Source of the DNA: Macrostomum lignano | Lineage: Eukaryota | Direction: 5' to 3' | Assembly: GCA_002269645.1 (NCBI GenBank) | Contig: NIVC01000428.1 | Location: 1 to 64,000 of the forward strand | DNA length: 64,000 nucleotides | In this document: positions 1-25,879 of the stretch, one piece after another | How the letters are laid out: each line of letters begins with the position of its first letter | How positions within the stretch are numbered: the first letter of the stretch is position 1 | The notes under the pieces: model-generated | The model's input: only the letters and a program-made list of their open reading frames with translations | Databases searched by the model: none | What the model was told of the DNA's origin: nothing | Position numbers and translations under genes: made by a program

Positions 1-11757
<11,757 letters not shown>

Positions 11758-11903
11758 TCTCTGTCGCTTACTCCTGAGGACTGACAGTTTTGATTTAAAT
11801 GTTTTGCGTTTCATTTTTGCCCATGCTGACTTCTGTTGATTTGGCTGAGTTGAGCAAAGGTTGAGATGAGGACAGATTTTTTTTTTAACAAAATACGTTT
11901 ACC

Positions 11904-11909
11904 AATAAA
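11904..11909 (+). promoter_or_regulatory. Candidate polyadenylation signal (AATAAA) of the dynein gene
   Basis: AATAAA ~150 nt after the stop codon, in AT-rich sequence. Confidence 0.5.
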
Positions 11910-12282
11910 AAAATTCAGATTTATCAGCTCTGATGGTACTGAAGTTCTGCTCGCTCAGTCACTAATTAACTAATTAAACAGCTATTTTTATTATTTTATC
12001 CTCACCGTTTTACTTGAAACATTTTTTATTAAAATACGATCATAGTAAGCTAGAATTTATGTTTTACTAAACAAGCTAGAAATCATTTGGTCTTCCGAAA
12101 CAGTAAAAACGTTTATAAATATACAATATTTATGCAAATGATATCTCACGTATTGCTACATAATATATTTACTTCTATATAAATTTTGCATATCAGCATG
12201 GCAAAAGGAAGTGCTGGCAATTGTGCTTGAATTTGTTGATTTTTTTTCGTTATCGATAGGAACGAAAAATCAATGAAAAGTA

Positions 12283-12808
12283 TAGAGAGGGAAGAAGAGA
12301 GGAGAAGGAGAAGTGGGGAGGGAAGAGGAGGGAAGGGGGGAGAGGTGGGGGAGGGAAGAGGAGAGAAGGGGGGAGAGGTGGGCGAGGGAAGAGGAGAGAA
12401 GGGGGGAGAAGTGGCGAGGGAAGAGGAGAGAAGGGGGGAGAGGAGAAGGCCGGAGCAGCGTCTGGCTCTTGCGCCGCGACCCCTGCGCCGCGGCCGCATT
12501 CATTTCGGCTTGAGCGTGTCAGCTCATGTCATCACTAAATAGGCTGTTAGCAAAATGAAAGATCTGAAGATTTTCTCACTGCACGGAATGACAATGGCGT
12601 CGCAAGCAGTACTCGAACCTGCGCGGGGGGGGATACTATTAGACTTCCAGAGTGAAGAGAAGAGAGTGGAGAGGAGTGAAGAGAGAAGTAAGAAGAGAGA
12701 AGAGAATTGAGGAGAGGAGAGAAGTTAAAAGAGAGAAGAGGGGCGAGAGGAGAGAAGAGAGGAGAGAGAATAGAAAAGAAGAGAAGAGAAGAGAAGAGAA
12801 GAAAGAAG

Positions 12809-12870
<62 letters not shown>

Positions 12871-12880
12871 AAGAGAGGAG
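12283..12880. repeat. Two GA-rich polypurine tracts (12283-12450 and 12650-12880), including (GA)n
   Basis: Low-complexity purine runs seen directly. Confidence 0.85.
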
Positions 12881-13371
12881 AGTTATTCTCTTTGTTTCGT
12901 TTCTTCAGTTTCCTTAGTCTCTCGCTCTCCTTCTCAACTCAGACTCCACTCTTGTCTACTTCTCCCCTATCTTCCGGCTCTTCTCTCTCCCTCTCTCATA
13001 CCCTTCGTCTCCACACTCAAGCCTCTCTGGCATAATAAATTCGTCTTCAAGAGTCGGGTACCAGCTACAATGAAAGTGTACCTAGAAAGTACAATTAAGT
13101 TTTTGATTTTAGCGCAGCCAATCAATGCTCAGGCGACACTTACCAGGCCGGAACTCCTTAAAGAAAGTGAAAAGAAAAAAACAACCATCCAATTCATTAT
13201 TGCAGAGTAATGCAGTCTGCTTTCAAAAACTTTTATTGGTTGGTTAACACGTGCTTGCCAGGAATTTTGCCGTGCAGTAGATTGGAGGGCTAGAAAAACG
13301 CGCATGCCTCGCTGGCTTGAATGTTACAGTAAAATCTTTGTGAAGTACGAGTGTACAGAAGAGAGAGCGGA

Positions 13372-14420
13372 GTGGAGATGAAGAAAGAAGAAGAGAGAGA
13401 GGGGAGGGGAGAGGAGATGAGAGGAGAGGCGAGGAGAGAAGAGGAGAGGAGAGGAGAGGAGAGGAGAGGAGAGGAGAGGAGAGAGAAGAGGAGAGGAGCG
13501 GAGAGAAGAGAGGAGAGGAGAGGAAAGGAGAGGAGAGGAGAGTAGAGGAGAGGGAGGAGAGGAGAGGAGAGGAGAGGAGAGGAGAGGAGAGGAGAGGAGA
13601 GGAGAGGAGAGGAGAGGAGAGGAGAGAAGAGAGGAGAGGAGAGGAAAGGAGAGGAGAGGAGAGGAGAGGAGAGGAGAGGAGAGGAGAGGAGAGGAGAGGA
13701 GAGAAGAGAGGAGAGGAGAGGAAAGGAGAGGAGAGGAGAGGAGAGGAGAGGAGAGGAGAGGAGAGGAGAGGAGAGGAGAGGAAAGAAGAGGAGAGGAGAG
13801 GAGAGGAGAGGAGAGGAGAGGAGAGGAGAGGAGAGGAGAGGAGAGGAGAGGAGAGGAGAGAAGAGAGGAGAGGAGAGGAAAGGAGAGGAGAGGAGAGGAG
13901 AGGAGAGGAGAGGAGAGGGAGGAGAGGAGAGGAGAGGAGAGGAGAGGAGAGGAGAGAGGAGAGGAGAGGAGAGGAGAGGAGAGGAGAGGAGAGAAGAGAG
14001 GAGAGGAGAGGAGAGGAGAGGAGAGGAGAGAAGAGAGGAGAGGAGAGGAAAGGAGAGGAGAGGAGAGGAGAGGAGAGGAGAGGAGAGGGAGGAGAGGAGA
14101 GGAGAGGAGAGGAGAGGAGAGGGAGGAGAGGAGAGGAGAGGAGAGGAGAGGAGAGGAGAGGAGAGGAGAGGAAAGAAGAGGAGAGGAGAGGAGAGGAGAG
14201 GAGAGGAGAGGAGAGGAGAGGAGAGGAGAGGAGAGGAGAGGAGAGGAGAGGGAGGAGAGGAGAGGAGAGGAGAGGAGAGGAGAGGAGAGGAGAGGAGAGG
14301 GAGGAGAGGAGAGGAGAGGAGAGGAGAGGAGAGGAGAGGGAGGAGATGAGAGGAGAGGAGAGGAGAGGGAGGAGAGGAGAGGAGAGGAGAGGAGAGGAGA
14401 GGAGAGGAGAGGAGAGAAGA
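13372..14420. repeat. (GAGGA)n pentanucleotide array, ~1.05 kb
   Basis: Seen directly; source of the LLSSP-repeat ORFs. Confidence 0.97.
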
Positions 14421-15058
14421 AGACTTCAAACGGCAATTCGCACATAGAAATTCAGCTGAATAGCACAGCAAAATTCAAAAAGGACGCACGGTGCCCAGCT
14501 GGGGTCGCTGAAGTGGCTCAGCCGGAGTCGGGCAGCTCATCCCACTCCCGGGGGAGCCGGCTCGCAGTCGCGATCTCCCAGCTGTTCTCCAGGAGAGAGG
14601 GGAGCCTTCTCAAATAGAAAACTGAATTTGGTAAAATCTAGGTGGAGGCACGCGGACTCCCCAGCCTCTCATCTCTGATCCACCTCGACAATAAAAATCA
14701 GACAGGAAGCCGGCGGCGGGCCCTATTAGGCGGCCTCAAAGCCGGGCCTCCTCCTCAATCCCGCGACTGCGGCTCGCCCGGATGCTGCCGAATTTCGATG
14801 CTGCCGAAATGTATCTTGTATAAGAAGGAGGAAGGCGGCCAGCGCGGCCATTTATCAAATTTCTGCTCCGGATCGCCCACCCCCCCCCAACCCATCGAGT
14901 TCTCCTGCCCGTCTGCTGCAGAGCTGGCCGGCTGCCGCTTCCCTCACCATCTCAGCGGTCATTTTCTATGCAATTTTATTGGGGCATCAAGTTGATAGCC
15001 ACTGGGACTGGCTCGGAATGGCCCTCATTACTGGCCTTCGGTAATTGGGTCTTTGTGC

Positions 15059-16154
<1,096 letters not shown>

Positions 16155-16430
16155 TGTGATGGATTGAGATTGAGACGAAGCGATTGAATTGGCTTGAGCC
16201 GCAAGTTGTAAACAGCGTTTCTTAACTGACGCGTTGGTCCTTTATATTGTATTATAGAACTGAGTACATGTAGTTAGGACGAACGATGTACATTACGAAG
16301 AAGTAATGTACGTATAGACAGAAATCGATCAGTTCAGTGGAGGGGGAGGGTCTATAGTGGTAAGCTAAAATTGAGCAGCCAAACGCACAAAGCAGTATAG
16401 TTCAAATCGGTATAAGACAGCCAATTCACA
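16155..16430 (-). repeat. 3' LTR (276 bp)
   Basis: Direct repeat of 19016-19291; PPT adjoins at 16431-16441. Confidence 0.95.
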
Positions 16431-16821
16431 CTTCCCTCCCCAAGGGGAAGTGGGATCAATGAGATGAATTTTTACGAAAAGCGAATCGACGATAGCGTAC
16501 ATGTAGTATTGTAGTATTGGAAAACAATCGAATTAGCAAACACAATTGCAGAGCCGATGAAAAGTAAGGAAATAAAGTTGTGTCGAACAAAATAGCGAAA
16601 TATTGCATTGTCGAAAACTAGAATTAGTAGTGAATCAATAATTTGTATTGGAGAAACATACGTAATCATGGGTTGCATGAAAGACAGGAGAATTTGCGAA
16701 AAGTCAGTTCAAGATCATTGTCAGCTTCCGCACAGTCACTCATCACACCCCCACTTGAAGTCGCTCTGGACATGACCGAATTCGAGGCGGGTATCGTCGG
16801 GTCGCACCCTCTGGCAACTGG

Positions 16822-19015
16822 TCAGGTACGTCCGCGTCCGCGGCTGCCGCCTTGTCTGCCGGGCCTGCGGGACCGCGGCTCTTTCCTCGATGGTGGCTGG
16901 ATAGCGGGCTCGGAGACAGCCGCGGGGCTCAGAACATCTAGAGCCGGAGGCGCCGACGATGGAGTCGAGATGCTGGTGCCGAGGTGTTGAGAGTCAGCGG
17001 CGGATGGCGGAGGCTGCGCCGAATCAGGCAGCATCTGGTCAACGTGCCGCCGGACGATGCTGGTGCCAACTCGAACATCGTAGTTCCGTTGCGACGCCGC
17101 GACGACCACTCCAGGCAGCCAGCCGGATTCCTTGCCGAATCCTTTCACTCGAACATTGTCGCCGATCCCGAAGAACCGGGTGCGGCGCTGGGACTCAGCG
17201 GCAGCCTCTTGCCGATCGCGCACTTGGTCTACTAGAGATGGCCGCAGAAGGTCCAGTCTGGAGCGCAGCCGACGTCCCAGAAGCAGTTCGCTGGGAGAGG
17301 TGCCTGTAGTCGAATGCGGCGTTACCCTGTAGGCGAAGAGAAAGCGTTGCAAAGCAGCGGCGGAGTGACCGGATTTCCTGATGTGCAGCTTCAGTGTTTG
17401 TACAAATCTTTCAGCTTGACCGTTCGTAGCAGGATGGTAAGGCGCTGACGTGACATGCCGAATGCCGTTGCTGCGTGTTAAGCTTGCGAATTCCCTGGAA
17501 ATGAATTGAGGCCCGTTGTCGGAGACAATAATTCTTGGTAGGCCCAGACGGCTGAAGATTTCACAGAGATGTGCGATGGTGCTGTCTGCTGAAGTATCCT
17601 TGACTAGACGAACCTCGGGCCATTTGCTGTGAGCGTCCATGATGACCAGGTAGACTCGCCATTAACAGGACCAGCAAAGTCCAAGTGAATTCTGCTCCAA
17701 GGTTCGCTGGGAAATATCCAAGGATGCACCGGAGCTTTGGCTGGATCAGACTGGTGAGCCTTGCAGGTTTCGCATGTTCTAGCCAACTGCTCCAAGTCCT
17801 TGTCCAGCCCTGGCCACCAAACAAAACTGCGTGCCAGGGCTTTCATGCGACTGGCACCGGTGTGAGCCAAATGGAGTTCCTGTAGGACGGCCTTGCGCAG
17901 GGACTCCGGGATTATAACGCGAGTCCCCCAGAGTAAGCAGCCGGCTTCGATGGTCATCTCGTTTTGCTGATGAGCGAACTCTGGAAATTCTTTGCCGGAT
18001 AGTCGCTCTTCGGATTGCAGAAGGCGAAGCAGCTTGGACAGTATAGGGTCAGCCAGAGTTGCTTTGGCGACCAAAGCCGCAGTCACAGCAATGGAAGAGT
18101 CCTCCTCGAGCGTGAGCGAGTGCACCGCCTCTTCTTCAATAAAGTTTCCTTTTAGAGGCAATCGAGAAAGAGAGTCGCAATTGCTGTGCTTCTGGGTGGG
18201 CCTGAACTCCATGGCGTACCGGTATCCAGATAGACGGATGGCCCTCTCCTCCAGGAGTTTCACAGATTTTGCTGACCTGCAAACCTTCTTAATGTGGCCA
18301 ACCTTCCCGCAAGCATGGCATTTCGAGTTACGGAATTTACAGTTCTGACGCGAATGTGGACCTCCACAGCTGTCGCAGGTGCCTGGCTTGGATGCTGATC
18401 CAGCGGGACCAGAGTGTTGGCTGATGTTGTACTGTGCTCTCGGGCGTGCCACTGATGGATTCGCGCTGACTCGATTGGTTGCTGAAGTGTGCGCCATCTC
18501 GCTTGAAGATTTGTGAGCAGCTTCGAGGTCCAAGGCCAGTTTGATCAGCCAGCGTACGAATGATCCGAACTCTCGAGTAGCTTAGAGCGGAAATTGTCGC
18601 TTCTCATTCCGAACAAAAACTGATCTCGAAGTCGCTCCTGAAGGGACTCGCCAAACTTGCAATGGTTTGCAGCGTTTTTCAGCCCTGCCAAGAAGTTAGC
18701 GAAAGATTCACCATCTTGCTGAAGACGTTGCTGAAATTTGAAACGTGCGGCGATCTCCGAAGGTTCGGGCGAGCAATGCTTCTTTAGTATGTCCTGCAGA
18801 TCTTCGTAGGATTTTTCAGTCAGTTTCTGTGGCTGACACAAGTCGCGAAGCAATTTGTAGTACTTCTCACCAATGGCAGTAAGAAAGATAGCACGCTTGG
18901 CCTCGGCAGTCTCAACTTTGTTGCATATGAAATATTGGTTCATGCGCTCAGCGTAGATTTCAAGGTCTGATTCAGCTGAAAGTTCTGGAATTTGGCCAAA
19001 AGTCCTCGTCGCCAT
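16822..19015 (-). pseudogene. Gag (two CCHC knuckles), RNase H C-terminal remnant and integrase, broken by two 1-nt frameshifts (~18545 and ~17650)
   Basis: Gag starts MATRTFGQIPEL; knuckles CDSCGGPHSRQNC and CHACGKVGHIKKVC; RNase H tail AIRLSGYRY...HSNCDSLSRLP; integrase HHCC (LHLAHTG...CETC) and DDE (LDFAGP, SDNGPQF, NGQAERFV), then TPHSTTGTSPSELLLGR. Confidence 0.88.
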
Positions 19016-19291
19016 TGTGATGAATTGAGATTGAGACGAAGCGATTGAATTGGCTTGAGCCGCAAGTTGTAAACAGCGTTTCTTAACTGACGCGTTGGTC
19101 CTTTATATTGTATTATAGAACTGAGTACATGTAGTTAGGACGAACGATGTACATTACGAAGAAGTAATGTACGTATAGACAGAAATCGATCAGTTCAGTG
19201 GAGGGGGAGGGTCTATAGTGGTAAGCTAAAATTGAGCAGCCAAACGCACAAAGCAGTATAGTTCAAATCGGTATAAGACAGCCAATTCACA
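19016..19291 (-). repeat. 5' LTR (276 bp)
   Basis: Direct repeat of 16155-16430; PBS adjoins at about 19003-19014. Confidence 0.95.
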
Positions 19292-19318
19292 GTCTGTCTG
19301 TCTGTCTGTCTGTCTGTG

Positions 19319-19375
<57 letters not shown>

Positions 19376-19398
19376 GACTGTCTGTCTGTCTGTCTGTG

Positions 19399-19463
<65 letters not shown>

Positions 19464-19472
19464 GACTATCTA

Positions 19473-19513
<41 letters not shown>

Positions 19514-19540
19514 GTGTCTATCTGTCTGTCTGTCTGTCTA
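19292..19540. repeat. (CTGT)n microsatellite, right part
   Basis: Continues the array on the other side of the LTR element. Confidence 0.95.
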
Positions 19541-19578
19541 TCACCAGGACACAGATTGATCAGCTCAGGCTCCAGCTG

Positions 19579-20407
19579 TCACACAAAGGTAGTCTGTCCT
19601 GAATTCATTCTCTCTGCCGCTGCCGTCAGTCTCGTCGGCCCAAGCAGAGCCGGTGGCGGCAGCAGCGGCAGGCGGTTGTCCTCCAGCACCGCACGCTCCA
19701 GACTGGCTGGTCGGTGGCGGCGTTGTCGGTTGGCGCATGCCGACGAAGGCGGCGGCGGTGGCAACGGCAGAGGCGGCTGACGCGACTTGGAGGACGAACC
19801 CGTGGCGCCGTCGGTGGCTGTAGATGGCGCGGAGAGTTTGGCGCAGAAGCCGCGCAATATTTTCGCGCCAATGCCCAAACGCGGCGTCGGTCCCGAGTTC
19901 GAGACCGATGGTTGACGATGTCGGAGGCTGCCGCCGCCGATGGGGCTTTCACCGTCGCAGCCGTGGAAGGTGACGGAGCGTCGTGGAGGCGGCGGCTGCG
20001 GATGCGGCTGCGGCTGCGGCTGCGGTGGCTTCAGGGGTGGCTTCGGCATCGGAGTCGGTCGCAACCTCAGCGGCAGAGTCGGCGTTGCCATCGCGTCGCC
20101 AAAAAAGTCGACCGAGCGGCTGCGTCGAGGTCGATGCCGCCCCGGCGAGTAGTTGCCGCCCGACGGCGGCGGCGCAGGGAGACCCCTGAATGATTCAAAG
20201 GTTCAAGTGCTTTGAAGGATATTCCAGTTGTACATATGCACCAATCAAAGGGGGCAGAGGGGCAGAGGGAGTAGAGGGAGCAGAGCAGGCAACAAGTACA
20301 TTTTGTTCTGTCTTAACCATACGTTTCTTCGCTATCCACATAAAATATTAATCACAGTACTGTCATACCAACCTTTGTTGCAGCTCTGGTTGTTGCTGTT
20401 GTTTTGG

Positions 20408-20438
<31 letters not shown>

Positions 20439-20452
20439 GGTGGTGGTGGTGG

Positions 20453-20483
<31 letters not shown>

Positions 20484-20743
20484 TGTTGTTGTTGCTGTTG
20501 TTTTGGTTGTTGTTGTCGTTGCTGTTGCGGAAGCGTTTGCTGACGCCTCTTCCTCAGCTTCTGCCGCCTCCACTCCAAACAGAGTCTGACCACCCCGACT
20601 GGCTGCTCCAATGCGCTGACCCGCCATCGAAGCTGCTGCTGTGGCCGTCTGGCTGACATGGTGAGCAGCAGGCGGATGACCGGCCTGGGCAGACCCAGGC
20701 GTCCAGGAGGCACTGAGCCGAGCTTCTTCTGAGCAGCAGCCAT
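19579..20743 (-). CDS. Putative orphan Pro/Gln/Ser-rich protein, two exons (20743-20373 and 20185-19579), 325 aa
   Basis: An AG|GTTGGT donor and a tcattcAG acceptor join two GC-rich open frames in phase 2 (978 nt in total). Two CCAAT boxes lie ~90-105 nt upstream of the ATG. No recognisable domain. Confidence 0.4.
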
Positions 20744-20877
20744 TCTTCAGCCGGACGAGCGACCGGATTAAAGAGGGCCGGTCGCCTTCTTTAAACCGAG
20801 AAATTTCCGCTGAAACCACTGCCTGGCATTGGCCAGAAGCTGATTGGCTCTGTTCGGCTAATACCCAAACTCTGGAC

Positions 20878-21500
20878 ATTAACTCGGACACTTTTAACTC
20901 CTGGCACTAAAAACTCGGACACTTTTAACTCCTGGCACTAAAAACTCGGACACTTTCAACTCCTTGTACTAAAAACTCGGACACTTTCAACTTCTGGCAC
21001 TAAAAGCTCGGACACTTTCAACTCCTGGCACTAAAAACTCGGACACTTTTAACTGCTGGCACTAAAAACTCGGACACTTTCAACTCCTGGCACTAAAAAC
21101 TCGGACACTTTCAACTCCTGGCAATAAAAACTCGGACACTTTCAACTCCTGGTACTAAAAACTCGGACACTTTCAACTCCTGGCACTAAAAACTCGGACA
21201 CTTTCAACTCCTAGCACTAAAAACTCGGACACTTTCAACTCCTGGCACTAAAAACTCGGACACTTTCAACTCCTAGCACTAAAAACTCGGACACTTTCAA
21301 CTCCTGGCACTAAAACTCGGAAATGAAAAATCGGACAATCAAAAATCGGACACTGATAACTTGAACACTGATATCTCGGACAATTAAAAATCGGACACTG
21401 ATAACCCGGACACTGATAACTTGGACACTAATATCTCGGACAATAGAAAATCGGACACTGAAAACTCGGAAATGAAAAATCGGACTCAGAGCTATGGCAC
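20878..21500. repeat. Minisatellite, 31-nt unit ctcctggcactaaaaactcggacactttcaa, decaying into a related shorter unit
   Basis: About 14 regular copies, then aaaatcggacactgataac variants. Confidence 0.93.
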
Positions 21501-21822
21501 TGATAATCCCACCAACTGACAGCTTGGAGCAGATAGCTAGTCTAACTAACAATCGTTAATCTCCTTTACGATAAATATGACTCATCTCACATTCCCAAGT
21601 TTTTTAAAGGTTTAGCTAATGTGCTCTCTTGGTTACTATAAGTAGTAATATCTGCTTACATAAAATTCTAGTCAAATATCTCGAGTTCAGAAATTCCACT
21701 GCATAAAATAAATCGCTTTTTCAGCAATTGATCGAAGCGCAGAATTTTTACAGATGAAACAACTGAACAAAATCATGCGGTACTGGACTTACGGGAGCAA
21801 TGTGTTTATGGCATGCAGTTCG

Positions 21823-23423
<1,601 letters not shown>

Positions 23424-23426
23424 AAA

Positions 23427-23789
23427 GGGGGGCCGTAGCCCAGCGGTAGCGCAGCTGCTCTGGTGTGCCAGCGACCCAGGCTCGATTCCAAGTGCAGTCA
23501 CATTAATTTGGGGCTGAATTGGAATCTCGGCTTGGCTCTGCTCGTGCAATTAACGGCCTTGAGAGCCAACCCCCCAAGGCGCAGTGAAGTGTACATGCCT
23601 AAGGATAATATAAAGTTAGGGCCGCTGTACACTCCTGTTTGAGTGTGTGCCTGCGTACGTATCCGCGCGCTTGTGTGCCTGCTCAGGGGAGTCGGCGGAA
23701 TGGGCAGCAATGCCTCTCGCCGGTTGTGTGCCCATGTCGCTTAAAGTGCGCCAGGGTGCACACAACCCCCCTGCCTCTAATAAAAAAAA
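23427..23789 (+). mobile_element. tRNA-derived SINE (~360 bp) with 3' stem-loop and A-rich tail, embedded in (CTAT)n
   Basis: A box TAGCCCAGCGG (23436-23446), B box GGCTCGATTCC (23479-23489), perfect 10-bp stem (23722-23731 with 23758-23767), tail taataaaaaaaa, and (TCTA)n on both sides. Confidence 0.65.
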
Positions 23790-23900
23790 TCTATCTATCT
23801 TCTATCTATCTATCTATCTATCTTTCAAAAGTTCCCTTTGATTCGGCAAGGTCGCTCCGCCAACCCCGGCTATTCTCGGCCACTCCGCAGTCCAGCCTGC

Positions 23901-23927
23901 ATTGGCCGGTGAGGCTGGGTATAAATA
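23901..23927 (+). promoter_or_regulatory. Candidate core promoter of the cysteine-rich peptide gene: reverse CCAAT (ATTGG, 23901) and TATA box (TATAAATA, 23920)
   Basis: Motifs seen directly. A non-coding first exon with donor AAG|GTGAGT at 24040/24041 lies downstream. Confidence 0.55.
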
Positions 23928-24117
23928 TGATGCAGCTTGGCTGAGAAAGCCACCCGCTCGACTCCAAAAGCAACTCCCAGCTGCAGCGAATTCTGCATTC
24001 CTTTAAGCAACTCCTTATTGAGCAATTAATCGAGACCAAGGTGAGTGCCTGTTTTACTGCTCCAATTCAAGTGATATAGTACAACTGCAGCTGCATCAGC
24101 TCCCCACCGCATCAAGG

Positions 24118-24435
24118 ATGTTCTCCATCGTCAGCCGCCGCAGCAGCAGGCCATCCTGCGCCGTCAGCATCGCCTGCACCGCCGCTTTCGTCCTGCTACT
24201 GACGCTGGTCGCCTGCGGGCAGCCCGCCGACTCCGTCTCGGTGAACAGGGCCGAAAACCCCTACATGGCGGCCATGTTCGCCAAGGCCCGCCCGAACTGC
24301 AGCTTCAACCAGTTCATGGACTCCATGGCCGTCCGCTGCAGGCGGCACAGCGACTGCTGCCAGCCGAACATCTGCATCATGAAGCGGGGCGCCAAGACCG
24401 GCCACTGCTGCTGCTCCTTCCCCGGCGAGAAATGA
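24118..24435 (+). CDS. Small secreted cysteine-rich peptide precursor (105 aa), knottin/ICK-like framework
   Basis: GC3-rich codon usage like the other exons; hydrophobic signal stretch (AAFVLLLTLVACG); eight C-terminal Cys spaced C-x12-C-x5-CC-x4-C-x10-CCC. Confidence 0.75.
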   Translation: MFSIVSRRSSRPSCAVSIACTAAFVLLLTLVACGQPADSVSVNRAENPYMAAMFAKARPNCSFNQFMDSMAVRCRRHSDCCQPNICIMKRGAKTGHCCCSFPGEK

Positions 24436-24713
24436 GCTGAGCTGCTCTCGGCAGCGACGAGGACCAAGGAGTTGAGGACTCAATGAGATTGAAATTTTGA
24501 AAACAAATACACATACAAAGTTTAGCCGTTGGAGGCTGAGTGATTTCCATCATCTTTTAGCAATCTGGCAAGCTCCTGCTCTTTGGTGAATGACCACCCC
24601 ATGCTTTGCTGGCAGTGCTGGCTGCATGGGCGACACCAGGGGTGCATTGGTGCATAGCTCTGGCAGTATGATACCAAAAAGACATCAACAACACTTTTGC
24701 ACCACTGTCATTA

Positions 24714-25280
24714 GCGACACCACACACACCACAGACACCACAGACATCACAGACACCACAGACACCACAGACACCACAGACACCACACACACCACAGACA
24801 CCACAGACACCACACACACCACAGACACCACAGACTCCACAGACTCCACAGACACCACAGACATCACAGACACCACAGACTCCACAGACTCCACAGACAC
24901 CACAGACATCACAGACACCACAGACTCCACAGACATCACAGACTCCACAGACACCACAGACACCACAGACACCACACACACCACAGACACCACAGACACC
25001 ACAGACTCCACAGACTCCACAGACACCACAGACATCACAGACACCACAGACTCCACAGACTCCACAGACACCACAGACATCACAGACACCACAGACTCCA
25101 CAGACTCCACAGACATCACAGACTCCACAGGCACCACAGACATCACAGACTCCACAGACACCACAGACACCACAGACACCACAGACACCACAGACACCGA
25201 ATACACTGAAGACATCACAGACACCGAATACACTGAAGACATCACAGACACCGAATACACTGAAGACATCACAGACACCC
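24714..25280. repeat. 9-nt minisatellite (cacagacac and variants), ending in 24-nt units
   Basis: Seen directly; source of the TTDTTD ORF. Confidence 0.93.
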
Positions 25281-25879
25281 CATCTGCATACAAACTAGCG
25301 CCAAGTTCTAAGGCATTGGGATTGGGCACGCTTGAAGTGGCTCCCAAGGCTATATTTAAACACGATGACATTCGTTAGGGGTCGATCGAAGCCACAAAGC
25401 AGGCAAAGGCGGCAGGAAGGTTTGCTCGTGGCCCAGTAACTCGCGGACTTCCTGCTTCAGTGCAGGCAGTGCAGGCTTGATTGAATCAGCGGCAGTCTTC
25501 CAGCGAAAATTGCAAGACCATCGCCTCCCCGCCCTAGCAACCGGCCTCGACTCACCTCGCTCAGGCCGTTCATCGGGCGGATCCACTCGAACCGGTTCTA
25601 AATTTAGGCTGGTGGGGACTTGTTATTCTTCTTTGCTCCCCTCGGCTTCCGCTCCCGCCTACACGCAAGCACGACCCTCACTGACCAAGAATAATAGCTT
25701 AGTAGGTTTGGCCAAGCACCTTCCTTTCATGGCAATCTGAAGTATAACGGACTTCCAGGTGCGAGGCCGATCAATTGCGAGACATCAATTGCGGATGGCG
25801 AGACAATGGGGGGGGCTTTATCACCAGGTTTCTCAGTCCTCAATATCCTTTTGCCAGTCTCAATAGCAGCCCTTCCCTT

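Larger units (their letters stand above)
16155..19291 (-). mobile_element. Ty3/Gypsy (Mag-like) LTR retrotransposon, internally deleted (no protease or RT), 3137 bp
   Basis: Two 276-bp LTRs (16155-16430, 19016-19291) with TGTGA...TCACA ends and one mismatch by eye. 5-bp TSD GTCTG. PBS TGGCGACGAGGA next to the 5' LTR, complementary to the 3' end of tRNA-Ser(GCU). PPT GGGGAGGGAAG before the 3' LTR. Gag, RNase H tail and integrase are coded on the minus strand. Confidence 0.95.

Noticed and set aside
23690-23780. HDV-like ribozyme at the SINE 3' end
   Set aside because: A P1-like 7-bp helix and a P4-like stem exist, but P3/L3, the P1.1 GG and J4/2 spacing do not fit the HDV fold.
24590-25378. 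Thr/Asp-rich 262-aa ORF as a mucin or adhesive protein
   Set aside because: No signal peptide or splice context; explained by a 9-nt repeat. Not fully excluded without RNA data.
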